DNA of 62,439 nt, filler included, from Chiloscyllium plagiosum (GCF_004010195.1; 5 parts of one record of this genome joined end to end with filler, not necessarily neighbours in it); one strand, 5' to 3'. Shown: positions 37,936 to 50,369, counted from the whole stretch's first letter. The notes: generated by a model not told the origin, from the letters alone. Numbers and translations: made by a program.

Positions 37936-38133
37936 ATGGCGCTTGGAGGCCTCGGGTTGTTGTTGCTGGTCAATGCCTGCACTCTGCTCCTCTTCCTGGA
38001 GCCCGCCGCGGCCCAGGGCGCCGCCAAATACTCCCGGGAGAAAAACCAGGCGCTCGAGGACGAGGCAGAGGCAAAGAGAGTGATCGAATTCAGGATCGCC
38101 AAACTCAACCAGGTCTGGGAGAAGGCGCAGCGA
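37936..38133 (+). CDS. LRPAP1: LDL receptor-related protein-associated protein 1 (RAP), coding exon 1
   Basis: ATG in gcgATGG context. Encodes a signal peptide (MALGGLGLLLLVNACTLLLFLEPAAA) then KYSREKN...EFRIAKLNQVWEKAQR, the conserved RAP N-terminus. Ends after the R codon; the next base is G (probable donor) and is followed by an assembly gap. Lies in a CpG-rich segment. Confidence 0.95.
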
Positions 38134-39109
38134 GNNNNNNNNNNNNNNNNNNNNNNNNNNNNNNNNNNNNNNNNNNNNTTAATTAATTAANNNNNNNNNN
38201 NNNNNNNNNNNNNNNNNNNNNNNNNNNNNNNNNNGGGAGGGGAAATGTGAAAGGGAAGGACTAGTAGTGTTTTTGAGTCTACCTTGGGGAGAGCGTTGGG
38301 GGGAGGGGTGTAAGTGGGTGTGGATGATGCTTCTGAGATGGTGGAGCATTGGGGAGCTGCTAGTCCAGTTGCTCGTGGGGGACTATTAGAGGGCTGTTTG
38401 TGTGACCTTGTTTTGGTGATTTTCCCCTATTGATAAAGCCTTGGGATGGTGAACTTTTTGTTCTGAACATCACATAGTAAGCAGAAACAATGAGATATTT
38501 GAACAAAAAAGAGGGGGAGAAACTCCTCCATTAGTGAACCATTGAATACCAGATCGCACTGTTTTAAGGTTGTTGGCAGAGGAAACAAGGGCAGTATGAG
38601 AAAAGGCCTTTTCTGAATGATTTGGATATGGAGTGTGACTATAATGGAGGCAGATTCATTTTGAAGGGCTATTACCCAAAACGAACTTGCAGCATTAGCA
38701 GAAATGGGTAGAGTGGCCCTCTAGAAGTTGCTCCTTTAGAGAACTGGTACAGTCTCAACAAGCCGAATGGTCTCCAAAATGCTGCAACAATTCTGTCTGT
38801 CTGTTACTGCCTGACTGACCTGCCTAATTTGTAACTCTTGCTATTTCAAGGGGGTAATAGTGAGTGGCAATGGATAAATGAAGAGATTAAGAAAAAGCAA
38901 CAATGCTAACAAGTGTTTCGAGAGAAGCAGGGTGACCTAAATGAAAGGGCTGTTTGTCGCTGTCTTGGAAACAGTGCTGTTTTGATTAATCTTAGTTTTT
39001 TATGCTTTCTTCCCTCCACCAAAATCTTTTTTAATACTTCCATGTTCTCTCATTTTGCTCTTTTTAAAGATTTGCAATGTCAATTGTGGGAGTTCATCTC
39101 AAATTATTG

Positions 39110-40270
39110 AATTGAATTTATTGTCACGTGTACCGGGGCACAGTGAAAAGCTTTGACTTGTGAGCAATACAGGCAGATCAGAGTTAAGTAGCATAGATCA
39201 GTAAATAATAGGTAAACAGCAGCAAAAACAAAAACACAGGGACAGGCGAATGTTCAGAGTTTGAGGGTCCATTCAGTATTCTAACAACAGTAGGGTAGAA
39301 ACTGTTACGAAACCGGCTTGTCTGTGTGTGTGTGTTCATTCAGATTTCTGTACCTTCTTCCTGATGGTAGAGGTTGTAGAAAAAAATTGCCAGGGTAGGA
39401 TGGATCTTTGAGAAGGCTGGCGGCCTTTCCTTGTCAGCGGTGGGCCTGGTAGATGGATTCTATAGATGAGAGTTTAGATGAGAGTGGTGCTGGAAAAGCA
39501 CAGCAGGTCAGGCAGCATCCGAGGAGCAGGAAAATTGATGTTTTGGGCAAAAGCCCTTCATCAGGATTCCTGATGAAGGAATTTTGCCTAAAATGTCGAT
39601 TTTCCTGCTTCTCGGATGCTGCCTAACCTGCTGTGCTTTTCCAGCACCACTCTCATCTAAACTCTGGTTTCCAGCATCTGCAATCCTCACTTTTGCCTCT
39701 ATAGATGAGAGGTTGGTTTTTATGATTGTCTGGGCTGAGTTCACCACTCTCTGTAACAGTCTCCGATCTTGAATGGTACGGTTGCCATATCAGGTAGTGA
39801 TACATCCAGACAGAATGCTCTCGATGGCGCACCTATAAAAGTTGGCGAGGGTATTTGCTGTCAGCTACTTGAGGAAGAACAGACGTTGCTGGGCCTTTGT
39901 AACCAGTGCAACCATGTGAAGAGTGCAAGAAAGCCTGTTGTGGATGACCACTCCCAGGAGCTTGACATTCTCCACTTGTTCCACCTCTGTGCTGTTAATG
40001 TGTAGGGGGGCATGAGTGCATCCTGCCGAAAGTCAATAATTAGTTCCTAGGTTTTGCCAGCATTGAGAGCTAGGTTGTTCTCAGTGCACCACTTTTCCAG
40101 GTCTTCCACCTCCCATCTGTAGTCTGTTTGGTTGCCATCTGAGATTCGACTGATTTTGGTGGTGTCATCAGCAAACTTGTAAATGGCATTAGTGTTTGGT
40201 GACACGGTCATGGGTATACAGTGAGTACATTAGGGGGCTGAGTATGCATCTCTGGGGGGCTCCAGTCATG
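39110..40270 (-). mobile_element. Rex1/Babar-type LINE 3' fragment
   Basis: Minus-strand LSPLMYSLYTHD and YKFADDTT RT motifs; characteristic 3' region ending near ttgtcacgtgtacc. Confidence 0.75.
39473..39697. mobile_element. Fold-back Penelope terminal-repeat insertion inside a Rex/Babar LINE
   Basis: Inverted arms of ~95 bp centred near 39567; tctatagatgagag duplicated at 39459-39472 and 39698-39711. Confidence 0.88.
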
Positions 40271-41519
40271 TAATGGTTACAGCCAGTCGGCTCATTGCTG
40301 TGTTGGCTTTCCAAATGAGTGACTCATATGATGCCTTCTCTACGTAATCTTGCCCATTCTTCCTTTTCAAATAATGGCCTGATTGATGGATCATATAACG
40401 CAGCACATCCCATCAGCTGTTCACAACAAGCAAGATGTTGGTCATACCCTTTCGAAGAGTAAGATGTAGAATTTAAGGAAGTTTAACTTCTAAAATGGAA
40501 TGGCCAAAAAAAATGTTTGCTCAAGAACTTTGGACAAGAAAATTAAGATTTATGTTTCTTCAATCTATGGATTGCACTTATTTTATTTCAGTGTGATTCC
40601 AAGTTATTCCCATCCAGTTGTTCTTCTAAATGTTTTCATTTCTTAACTGCCCTGCTGACATCAGTCAACTCCCTTGAATTTTTCAGGAATGTGTGCTCAG
40701 CTGCTTGTGAGTAAATTGTGCTGAGTCATTAGAGGAGTGTGGCTTGATTTCATATTCTGTCCACTGAATGTCAGCAATGTTTCAGTTCACTAGTTTCTCT
40801 GGATCATAGAACACTGCAATGTTGCAAAAACTGTCATTTAGTACCTTACTGTACAGAAAGATAACATTGAATGTTTAACATAATTCATTATCGAGACAGG
40901 AAAATAAAGGTGACTTCAAATAGTTGCTGATCTGTAGTTAATGATGACTCTTAATTGTTTTAAACTCTAAAAAGCTTGTCATTTATTATTAATTTATTTA
41001 ACTTGTAATACATAACCATGGGGGCACTATTGCTGATAGTTGACCACAACAGTACTTCAAGGAAGCATTTTTGGATTTTTTTTAGTCTACTGCCTAGTTC
41101 TTTCTTCTGTTTCTCTTTTTTTTCCTTGCTTGCTTTCTTTGTGGGTTTGTCTCTCTCTAATCTGGAAAGTGCTTAGCTCCTGATAGACTGATAAAGATTC
41201 TCTTATGAAACAGTTGTTGCTGAGCCTAAGTATTTCCAGAATTTTCTAACATTCATTTTAAATCTTCAGTACTACTTCATACTTTTATCTTTTATTTTAA
41301 CTTGGATATGATTTAATTTTCTTACTTCTCACATTCCAGAGGATGGAATTTCTACCTGCAATTTTGCTGTGCTCTCTGGTGGTGTGAATGGATGTCTGCT
41401 AGCTCTGTTGGCCGTACTGCTTGTTTGCAAGGCACAGTGATGCCATGTTCGATGCCTGCACTGAGGTTACCATGAGGATTTCAGCTCCTCGACCTTGCCA
41501 CTTGCCTGAGGTGTGGTGG

Positions 41520-42290
41520 CCTTCAGGTTCAACCTGGATAAATGCGAAGTGATTTGTTTTGGAAGGTTGAATTTGAATGCTGAATACGGGGTTAAAGGCA
41601 GGTTTCTTGACAGTGTGGAGCAACAACAGGATCTTGGGATCCACGTACATAGATCCCTCAAAGTTGCCACACAAGTTGATAGGGTTGTTAAGAAGGTATA
41701 TGGTGTTTTGGCTTTCATTAGCAGGGGGAATTGAGTTTAAGAGCTGCGAGGTTTTGCTGCAGCTCTATAAAACCCTGGTTAGACCACACTTGGAACATTG
41801 TGTCCAACTCTGATCACCTCAATATAGGAAGGATGTACATGCTTTAGAGAAGGTGCAGAGGAGATTACCAGAATGCTGCCTGGATTGGAGGGCTTGTCTT
41901 ATGAAGAGAGGTTGATTGAGCTAGGGCTTTTCACACTGGAGAGAAGAAGGAAGAGAGGTGACTTGATAGAGGTGTACAAGGTAATGAGAGGCATAGATAG
42001 AGTGGATAGCCAGAGACTTCTCCCCAGGGCAGAAATGGCTATCACTAGGGGTCATAACTTTAAGGCGATTGGACGAAGTTATAGAGGAGATGTCAGAGGG
42101 AGATTTTTACTCAGAGTGGTGAGTGCCAGTGGTGATGATAGAGTCAGAGACATTAGGGACATTAAAGCAACTGCTGGACAAGCACACTGACGGCAATAAA
42201 TTCAGGGGTGTGTAGCTTAGGTTGATCTTAGATAAAGATAAATGCTCAGCACATTATCGAAGGGCCTGTACTGTGCTGTACTGTTCTATC
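41520..42290 (+). mobile_element. CR1 LINE 3' fragment in LRPAP1 intron 1
   Basis: FNLDKCEVICFGR, LYKTLVRPHLEHC, RGDLIEVYKVM; tail ctgtactgttctat. Confidence 0.9.
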
Positions 42291-44119
42291 TTCTAAACCA
42301 CCACTGTCCTCTGTCTGTCCCCTCTGTCTCTCTGTTTGTTTGTCTCCTGTGAATCATCTGTAAATCATTGCTCCGAATTTGCAACAGCTGCTTCAGACTT
42401 TTTTGAGATTAATTAATGCTACTTTGAGGATGCTGTGATTGGTATAAATATCAGCTTATGTTCCTTTTCTATCATGAAGTGAATTTTCTGTTCCATGAGT
42501 TGTGCTTCTGGAAGGCTGTGTTTAGAACTCATGATTATGCTTACACCCATTTATGTGCAGCACTTCAAGTAAGGTCTGATGAGTAGGCTGTGCACAGAGC
42601 TTTGTTTAGTTTCTCAAACATTATTTGTGGTCTGACACAACTTAGGAACAGCTTTTCTAAGAAATATGAAAATATTTCTTGGAAGTACAGAAGTTACACC
42701 ACCTGCCTGCAAACAAGGATTGCCAGTTAACTGTTCCTGTAAAAGCAAAATATTGCAGATGCAGGAAATCTGAAACAAACATAGGAAATGCTAAAGAAAC
42801 TCAGCAAGTCTGGTAGCATCTGCAGAGAGAGAGAGAAAGTGTGTTATGTTTGAGAGATTTGGATGTACAAGTCATCTGGGTGCCCTTGTACAATAAAAGT
42901 TGACAGGTGGGTAGCAAGCAATTAGGCAGGGAAAATGGTGTATTGCCTTCATTGCAAGATGTTTGGAGTTCACAAGTAGGGATGCCTTCCTGAAGTTATA
43001 TAGGACCTTGAGTACTGCATGTAGTGTTAATCTCCCTGACAAGAAAGAATGCACTTGCCATGGAAGGGCTGCAGCAAGGTTCAGTAGTTTGGTCCAAGGG
43101 ATGGCAGGGCTGCTGTATGTGGATAGATTGGTTTGACTGCCCTGCGTTCACTAGAGTTTAGAAAGATGATTGGGGATCTGTCTGAAACATAAAGTTCTAA
43201 CAGGACAGACTGGATCCAGTGGATACTATTCTCAGGCAACAAGGCAGATCATTCAGAACTTAAAAGAGAAAAGGTTTCTTCACTCAAAGGGTAGTGTCCA
43301 GTTGAATTCTCTACCACAGAAGGCTGTGGAATACAAGCAAGAGTTTTTTTTAGATTTTAAAGACAAGGGACACAGGGAGAAAATGGGAATATGGCACTGT
43401 TCTAGCAGATCAGCCATGATCGTATTGAATGACACAGTAGGTTCATAGATCCGAAAGATTGATGCCTACTTTTGGTTTCTCTGTTAAAGGCTCTCCTGTA
43501 CGTGTATTTGTCTTTTAAAATGCAGTAAATATTGCAGGTACTTTTCTAAAGGGATAATTAAACATTGTATCTCAGCAACACAAACACTGACTTGGTGATA
43601 GAACTTGAATGTTGCTGAAAAGGGAGACATTTCCGATATTAAAAGTGTGGACAAAATATCTCTCTTCAGAAATTGTCCATGCAACTGTTTGATTTATGGA
43701 AAACTTAATCCATATTGTTTTTTTTAAGAATTCTTTCTCCACTTTTCTGAAGAGTTTTGTGCTTTGCTGAGACATATATCTTGATGTCCTTTACCTTACT
43801 CTGTCTTTCTATACACTTTCCCAGAAAGTTGGTAGCAATTTTGAAAGTCCCAATTGCTTATCATTTGATATTTTGGGAGGGTGCGAATACGAGGTTTCCA
43901 CTCCCTTTCACATGATTCTTTATCAGTTGATGTCTCCTTTAGGTTTTCTCACTGTCCAGATGAAATAGTCTTTTTGTATCTCCCATATTGATTTAACATT
44001 GTACAAACCACAGTCAAGTGAGCTCATAACCCTCTCCACTTGTGGGTATCCACCATCTCCTGTATCCAGTTCCACTAGATATTAAGAAATCTATCCTTTT
44101 CCTTTTTTTTAACCTATAG

Positions 44120-44264
44120 CTTCAGTTTTCTCCTGTGAAGCTAGCCGAGCTTCACAGTGACCTGAAAATTCAGGAGAAGGATGAACTGAACTGGAAGAAG
44201 TTGAAAGCCGATGGGCTCGATGAGGATGGTGAGAAGGAAGCCAGGCTGCGACGTAACTTCAATG
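44120..44264 (+). CDS. LRPAP1: LRPAP1 coding exon 2 (145 nt)
   Basis: Polypyrimidine tract + tatag acceptor and aatg|gtaaac donor. Encodes LQFSPVKLAELHSDLKIQEKDELNWKKLKADGLDEDGEKEARLRRNFN, matching RAP domain 1. Phase 0 start fits exon 1. Confidence 0.95.
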
Positions 44265-45129
44265 GTAAACTGTTTGTGTTTTCTAAACTCAGAAGCAGGG
44301 TTAATCCTGACCAAGAAGGGGAGAGAGAGAGAGGGGAAATGAGATATGCATGTGTGTACGTACAAAAGAAAACACATTGATACGTAGGCCTTCTTGACAG
44401 CACTGCATCCCAAAGCACTTTAATTAAAGTCATTTTGAAGGAAACCCATCAAGCAATCTGTGCACGGTAAACTTGCACAAACACCAATGAGATGATTGAC
44501 TCTTGGTGATGTTGATTTAAGGAATAATTATATAATTACACCGGGAAGACTCTCTATTCTTCAAAGTATTGCCAAGGGGTCTTTAATGTTTTTAGGGTTG
44601 ATATCCAGGATGGGCAGGCTGTCTTATCAGGAAAGGTTAGACAAACTGAACTTATTTCTACTATTGTTGGAGTGAGAAGTGACCTAATTGAAGTGTATAG
44701 GAATCTAAGGTGTCTGACATAGCAAATAGGAGCAAGAGTAAGCATTCATCCCTTCAGCCTGCTCCACCATTCATTTATAATAATGGCTGATCATCCAACT
44801 GCTGCTTTCTCCCCCATATCCTTTAATACCTTTAGCATCCAGTCCTATTTTTTGAAGTCATACAATGCTTTGGTCTTGACTGCTTTCCTTGGTCTCGATA
44901 AGTTGGAAAGAACTCATTTTGTAGCTGAGTCCAGAGCTATGAGGCTTGATTTTAAAATTAGGTGCTCCCTTTTAGCACCAAGTTGAGAATTTTGTTCTTG
45001 AAAGTTGAGAGACTTTGGAACTCGTCCCCAGGAGGCAGGTCAATGAATATTTTTAAGACAGAGTTTCTTGTCAGGTAAGGAAGTCAAAGCTACTGGGGAT
45101 AGGTTGAAATGTGGGATTATAAATGCAAA

Positions 45130-45499
45130 CCAAACAAGGGAGGGGACAAGCTGGATGTTTAAAAAGGAAATTGAAGGGAAAGTTAGAACAAGAGAAGTCA
45201 AGAAAGATAACTGTATTAATGAGGCAGAAAACTCGGAAAGGCATCATGCTGTAAGGTTGAGTGAAATAAGGGTTGATGGGAAGGGTGAGAGCAGTAACAA
45301 ATTAAAAATACTATACATGAATGCACGAAGCATTAGACATAAAATGGATGAGCTTGAGGCTCTTTTGGAAATTGGCAGATACGATATTGTGGGAATAACT
45401 GAGATGTGGCTTCAAGTGGACAGGGCCTGGGAAATGAATATTCAAGCCTACACGTGCTATCATAAGGACAGACTGACGGGCAGAGGGGATGGGGTGGCC
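45130..45499 (+). mobile_element. CR1 LINE, start of ORF2 AP-endonuclease domain
   Basis: LKILYMNARSIRHKMDELEALLEIGRYDIVGITEMWL; truncated by a gap. Confidence 0.85.
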
Positions 45500-45599
45500 N
45501 NNNNNNNNNNNNNNNNNNNNNNNNNNNNNNNNNNNNNNNNNNNTTAATTAATTAANNNNNNNNNNNNNNNNNNNNNNNNNNNNNNNNNNNNNNNNNNNN
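45500..45599. other. Assembly gap of nominal 100 bp with TTAATTAATTAA linker (also at ~29996-30095, 38135-38233, 55612-55711)
   Basis: The same N-run / TTAATTAATTAA / N-run pattern occurs four times; the linker has stops in all six frames. Confidence 0.95.
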
Positions 45600-45825
45600 T
45601 CACCTTAACCTCCTTCCACCTATCGCATTCCCAACGCTCCTTCCTCAAGTCCCTCCTCCCTACCTTTTATCTTAGCCTGCTTGGCACACCTTCCTCATTC
45701 CTGAAGAAGGGCTTATGCCCGAAACATCGATTCTCCTGCTCCTTGGATGTTGCCTGACCTGCTGCGCTTTTCCAGCAACACATTTTTCAGCTGCTGTGCT
45801 TTTCCAGCAACACATTTTGACTCTA
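45600..45825 (+). mobile_element. Penelope 3' end / terminal repeat
   Basis: ctgaagaagggcttatgcccgaaacatcga core at 45701, followed by the terminal repeat with a duplicated tail. Confidence 0.85.
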
Positions 45826-47504
45826 GAGAAGATGGTGATGAGCTGCATTTTTGAGATGCTTGTGCGTACGCATGTTTAGATATTAAAGGCTTCGAGGGAT
45901 ATGAAGAGAAAGTGACTGTTTCAGGCTTTTTGAGAGAGAGGCTAAGCCATGATCATGCTGACTGGTGGGGCAGGCTCAATGGGCTGAATGGCCTCCTCCT
46001 GCTCAATCCTGCAGATGTTCCCTCTCCAGATCATTGTCCCATTTTCTCTGGAAAGAAGTGAGTGAATCTGCCTCCACCACAGCTCTGGTGTCTGCGCCAG
46101 AGTAGCTCTGCTCCATACCTCCACCATATACCCCCCCACCCCCTCCCATCCTGCAGGCTGGCGGCTGTGGGAGAGCATTTGTACTTTGCTGTCATTTGAC
46201 GAGTGAGTCCAACAGCTGCCAGCAAACAGCTGCAAAAACAGCCACTTCAAAGATGCCTAATCCATTCACAACATTCGCTCGCTCTTTCACTCAGTCTCAG
46301 GCCAGGCTCCGAAGAAATAAATCCACCAGGGCTTGGCAGGCCAAAAGAACCAACCCCCCTAACCCCCCTTCGCTATGTGTGCAGTGTTTGCTGTTGTAAT
46401 CAAGGCCTGGAGGACATCGACGGGGTGGGGGCTGGGGAACCAAAGAGGCTGGTAAACTCGGAAAATATTTGTTTTTCGGTTGGTACAGTTCATTCCGTCC
46501 AGTTAGGACTCTGAACGCTTGTTTTAGCAACTTTTGGTTCAGACGAAAATTTAAAATACTTACACTCACAAAGCAACTAGCAAAGCCTCCGCTCTCTCGG
46601 AGCACTGTCCAGTCACTGATGCCTCATTAAGTATGGTCACTGTTGTGTTGTCAGTAACAGGACGACCAATTTACACAGAGCAACCTCCCCCCGTCAGCAA
46701 AGAGAAAGGGAGAAGGTAAAAGCAGAAAATGTTAAAAATGTACCAGTCTTTTAAAAAATTCACTTGTGGGATGTGGGCGTCTGAGGCTGGGCATTTATTG
46801 TCCCTCCTGAAGTGCCCTAGAGAAGGTAATGGTGAGTCACCTGATGATGGGTCACGGATTCAAAAAGTGTTAATTCTCTCTCTCCCCTCGATCCTGCCCA
46901 GCCAGCGGAGTTTCTCCAGCACTGTTTCCATTTCAGATTTATAGGACCCACTGCACTTTGCGCTTGTGTCACTGATTCTAAGTGACGATTAGGAGATGCC
47001 GGTGTTGGACTGGGACGTACAAAGTTAAAGATCACACAACACCAGTGGCTCAGGGAAGTGGGGTTTGAGAGTTCATGGCTCAGCCAGCAGCGAGGGTAGC
47101 CAGGAGTCTGCTGCATCGGCCCTCAAACTCCCAGCGGCTAGTGAAAGAATCCAGGAGATTCTAAAACTAGAATTGGGCGATTTCATGCTGTAAATTTGAC
47201 ACTTTCAGGTGGATACTGCTGCATTACATCACACAGACAGTACACCGTTAAGAGACATGCTTGTGATATCATCACTGTTCCATAACAGGTGACCAGAGGG
47301 TAGAAAGTTCCCAGACTCCAGCATAACTTAGACCTATTTGAAATGTGGCATGCTAATGCAAGTGTGCTACTGTTTGTAATCGAATAACTCAATACTAGCT
47401 CAGACACTGAAGTGACTGTGGCTGTAATATACGTACGGTATATATCGGGAAGTGTCATAAATTGAATCTTTCAATACCATGTTGCCTACACCTACTTCTT
47501 ACCT

Positions 47505-48050
47505 ACAGGAGCTGGTCCACATGCACCACTAAACAACCCAATCGTCACGTGGCTGACCACTTCAACTCCCCATCCCACCCCGTCAAGGACATGGAAATCC
47601 TGGGCCTCCTCCGCCACCAAATCCTAGCCACCTGATGCCTGGAGGAAGAACGCCTCATCTTCCGCCTCGGAACCTTCCAACCACACGGCATCAGCGTCAA
47701 CTTCACCTGTTTCCTAAACTTCCCTTCAACCCCCCCACCTCATCCCAGATCCAACCCTCCAACTTGGCACCGCCCTCTTGACCTGACCCACCTGTCCATC
47801 TCTCTTCCCACCAACCTATCATAATCACCTTCAACCTGCATCCATCTATCACCATCCCACCTAGCCTACACCCCTAGCCTATGCCCCCTATTCATCCCTC
47901 AGCCCCCTTCCCCCTCCACATTCCTGATGAAGGGCTTACGCCTGAAACGTTGACTCTCCTGCTCCTCGGATGCTGCCTGACCCGCTGTGCTTTTCAAGTG
48001 CCACACTTTTCAACCCCGACTCTCCAGCGCCTGCAGTCCTCACTTTCTCC
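47505..48050 (+). mobile_element. Penelope-like element 3' fragment
   Basis: Homologous to the 3' half of 31793-32829 (cacttcaactcc...ctggaggaagaacgcctcatcttccgcct) plus terminal repeat with hammerhead-like core. Confidence 0.88.
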
Positions 48051-49630
48051 TTGGTATCATGGCATTGAAAGATTCAACAAATAGTTATAAGCACTGGGAG
48101 CAAATGCCCTGCTGGAGACAATGCCCAAACCTCAGTGGCAGGTCAGCTACAGTCCGTTTAATGCAGCCACACAGACGTAGCGTAGAGAAGGTGGAATGCA
48201 AGCTGTGTGGCAGTGCCACGCACACATACCCCGCTGGGGAATGTCATCACAGCATTCAGCTGGGAAAGCTCGTGTCGAACCTGGTGATTCTGAGTGAGAG
48301 CGAACAGAGGAGTTAGGAAGTGTGACCAATCGAGAGGGGGAGCTGTCACTAGCTGTTCCCAACTGCTCCTGCCTGCCCCAAACCTTTCAAGCATCCACCC
48401 AGAGATGCTTCAAGTTCGCACCCTGGGCCCCAGACCACACCCCCTCCCATCCCCTGAAAGATAACAATACCCCCAACCCATGTCCCGAAGCACACTTTTC
48501 CCTGTATCTTGAGGACATAAATGACAACAAAACCATTCATTCATTCATTCAAGAGGCATCACTGCCTCCATTTGAGCTGAAGCGTTAGAAAACTTGTATT
48601 AATTCCAATTTGTAAAAGCTTAGCAATGTAGAAAGCTCTCTGCTGAGTTACCTGGTGTGTTGTTCCTTTAATTCACATTCAGACATAGATATTGTTGGAA
48701 ATGGATAGAATCCAAATGCGACTATCCCCCACCCCTCCCAACATGCCAACTAAAATGGTTTAATGTGCGTAAATTCTGAAATGACTGGTCAAAGGTCAAT
48801 CGACATCACATCACAGTGTCAGAATATAAGCTCCTGGAATATTAGGGAACACCATCCAGCACCCACCAGAATGGCAGGTGGCAGCCTTGCTTTTAAGTTG
48901 TCAGCGCTCCCTCATTAGACTCGATGGGCCAAATGGCCTGATCAGCTCCTATATCCCATACCTCATGGTCTACCTGGATTGGGCCCTCAGATATCTGTTG
49001 TGAGGTGTGAACCCATGGCAAAATGTCTCAGAGGCAGAGACTACTGAGCCACAGCTGAACAGGGAAACAGGAGCAGGAGTAGGCCATTCGGCCCTTCGAC
49101 CATTCAATATGATCGTGGCTGATCAGTCAACTCAGTCCCCTGTTATCATGTTTTCCTCACACCCTTTAGTCCATTCAGCCCTAAGAGCTACATCTTATGC
49201 CTTCTTGAAAACGGTATTTGCGATACGCTCTCATGGAGATATTTGTGTTGTATCCCATTTGATAATTGCTGCACTCCCTGTTACAAATCAAAAGAGGTTC
49301 CCCTAGAACAGTTGACAATCATGTGCTGTTCAGGCCCAGCCATAGATGTCATGGCCTTTCTGTGTACAAACATATGAATTTGGAGCAGCAGGCCATTCGG
49401 CCCTTTGAGCCTGCACAGCCATTCAAGTGAGCTGATCTCACTGCAATCCCATGCACTCTCTTGATCAGACTATTTTATAAAGTAAATAAACAGCAGCAAT
49501 TCACAGCTCCCACCACACGCAAGTTTAAAAAAAACACTCCAGCTCATGTACAAAATTTTTTAAATATAAGAGCAAGTGTTGCCACAGAAACCAAACAGAT
49601 CAAATCTGCTTAAACAGTAGAAAGCAGGCT

Positions 49631-49930
49631 ATTAGATTCCCTACAGTATGAAAACAGGTCCTTCGGCCCAACACTGACCCTCTGAAGAGTAACCCACCCA
49701 GACCCATTCCCTTACCTTACATTTACCCCCGACTAATGCACCCAACACTATGGGCAATTTAGCATGGCCAATTCACCTGACCTGCACATCCTTGGACAGT
49801 GGGAACAAACCCATGCAGACACAGGGAGGATATGCAAACTCCACAACAGACAGTCACCCAAGGCAGGAATTGAACCTGGGTCCCTGGCGCTGTGAGGTAG
49901 CAGTGTGAACCATTGAGCCACCGCGCCACC
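49631..49930 (-). mobile_element. HE1-type SINE
   Basis: Reverse-complement copy with an internal deletion. Confidence 0.88.
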
Positions 49931-50369
49931 CATATACATCCTCCTTCAATCCACGCCAGAGATTATGAGCCCTGGTCACCTTTCTTTGTCTCATTTTATT
50001 AAAATATCCTGCCCATCCTCAAAAAGATTCAGTGAGCGACTCCTCTCCCTTGTTCATATCTCTGTATCTGTCCGACCCTGTCGAGTTACCCACTTAAATG
50101 AATCTAACTGCTTCAGGTGGTATCTCATTCAGATTTTAAACAACCTTTCAGGTTATTTAAGAAACTACATTGAGAATTTGATAAACGGGAAAGTCTTGAC
50201 TTCAAGAGGAGACCGAGTCCACAGTGATGAGGGGCTTGAGGGAGAACTCTGAATGAGGAGGCATACTTTACACATTACTTCCCCTCAGAGTCTGGCCCAC
50301 TGACTATGTGTGGGAGATGGTGTGCTCAGTACTATTTCAATGAAAGTTAAGATATTTTCAGTTCATTCA

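Noticed and set aside
48147..48362. GMCAW...RY peptide resembling DOK7 exon 3 (AMCAW..RIRY)
   Set aside because: The rest of the frame does not resemble the DOK7 PH domain, and there is no fitting exon of the expected size and phase.
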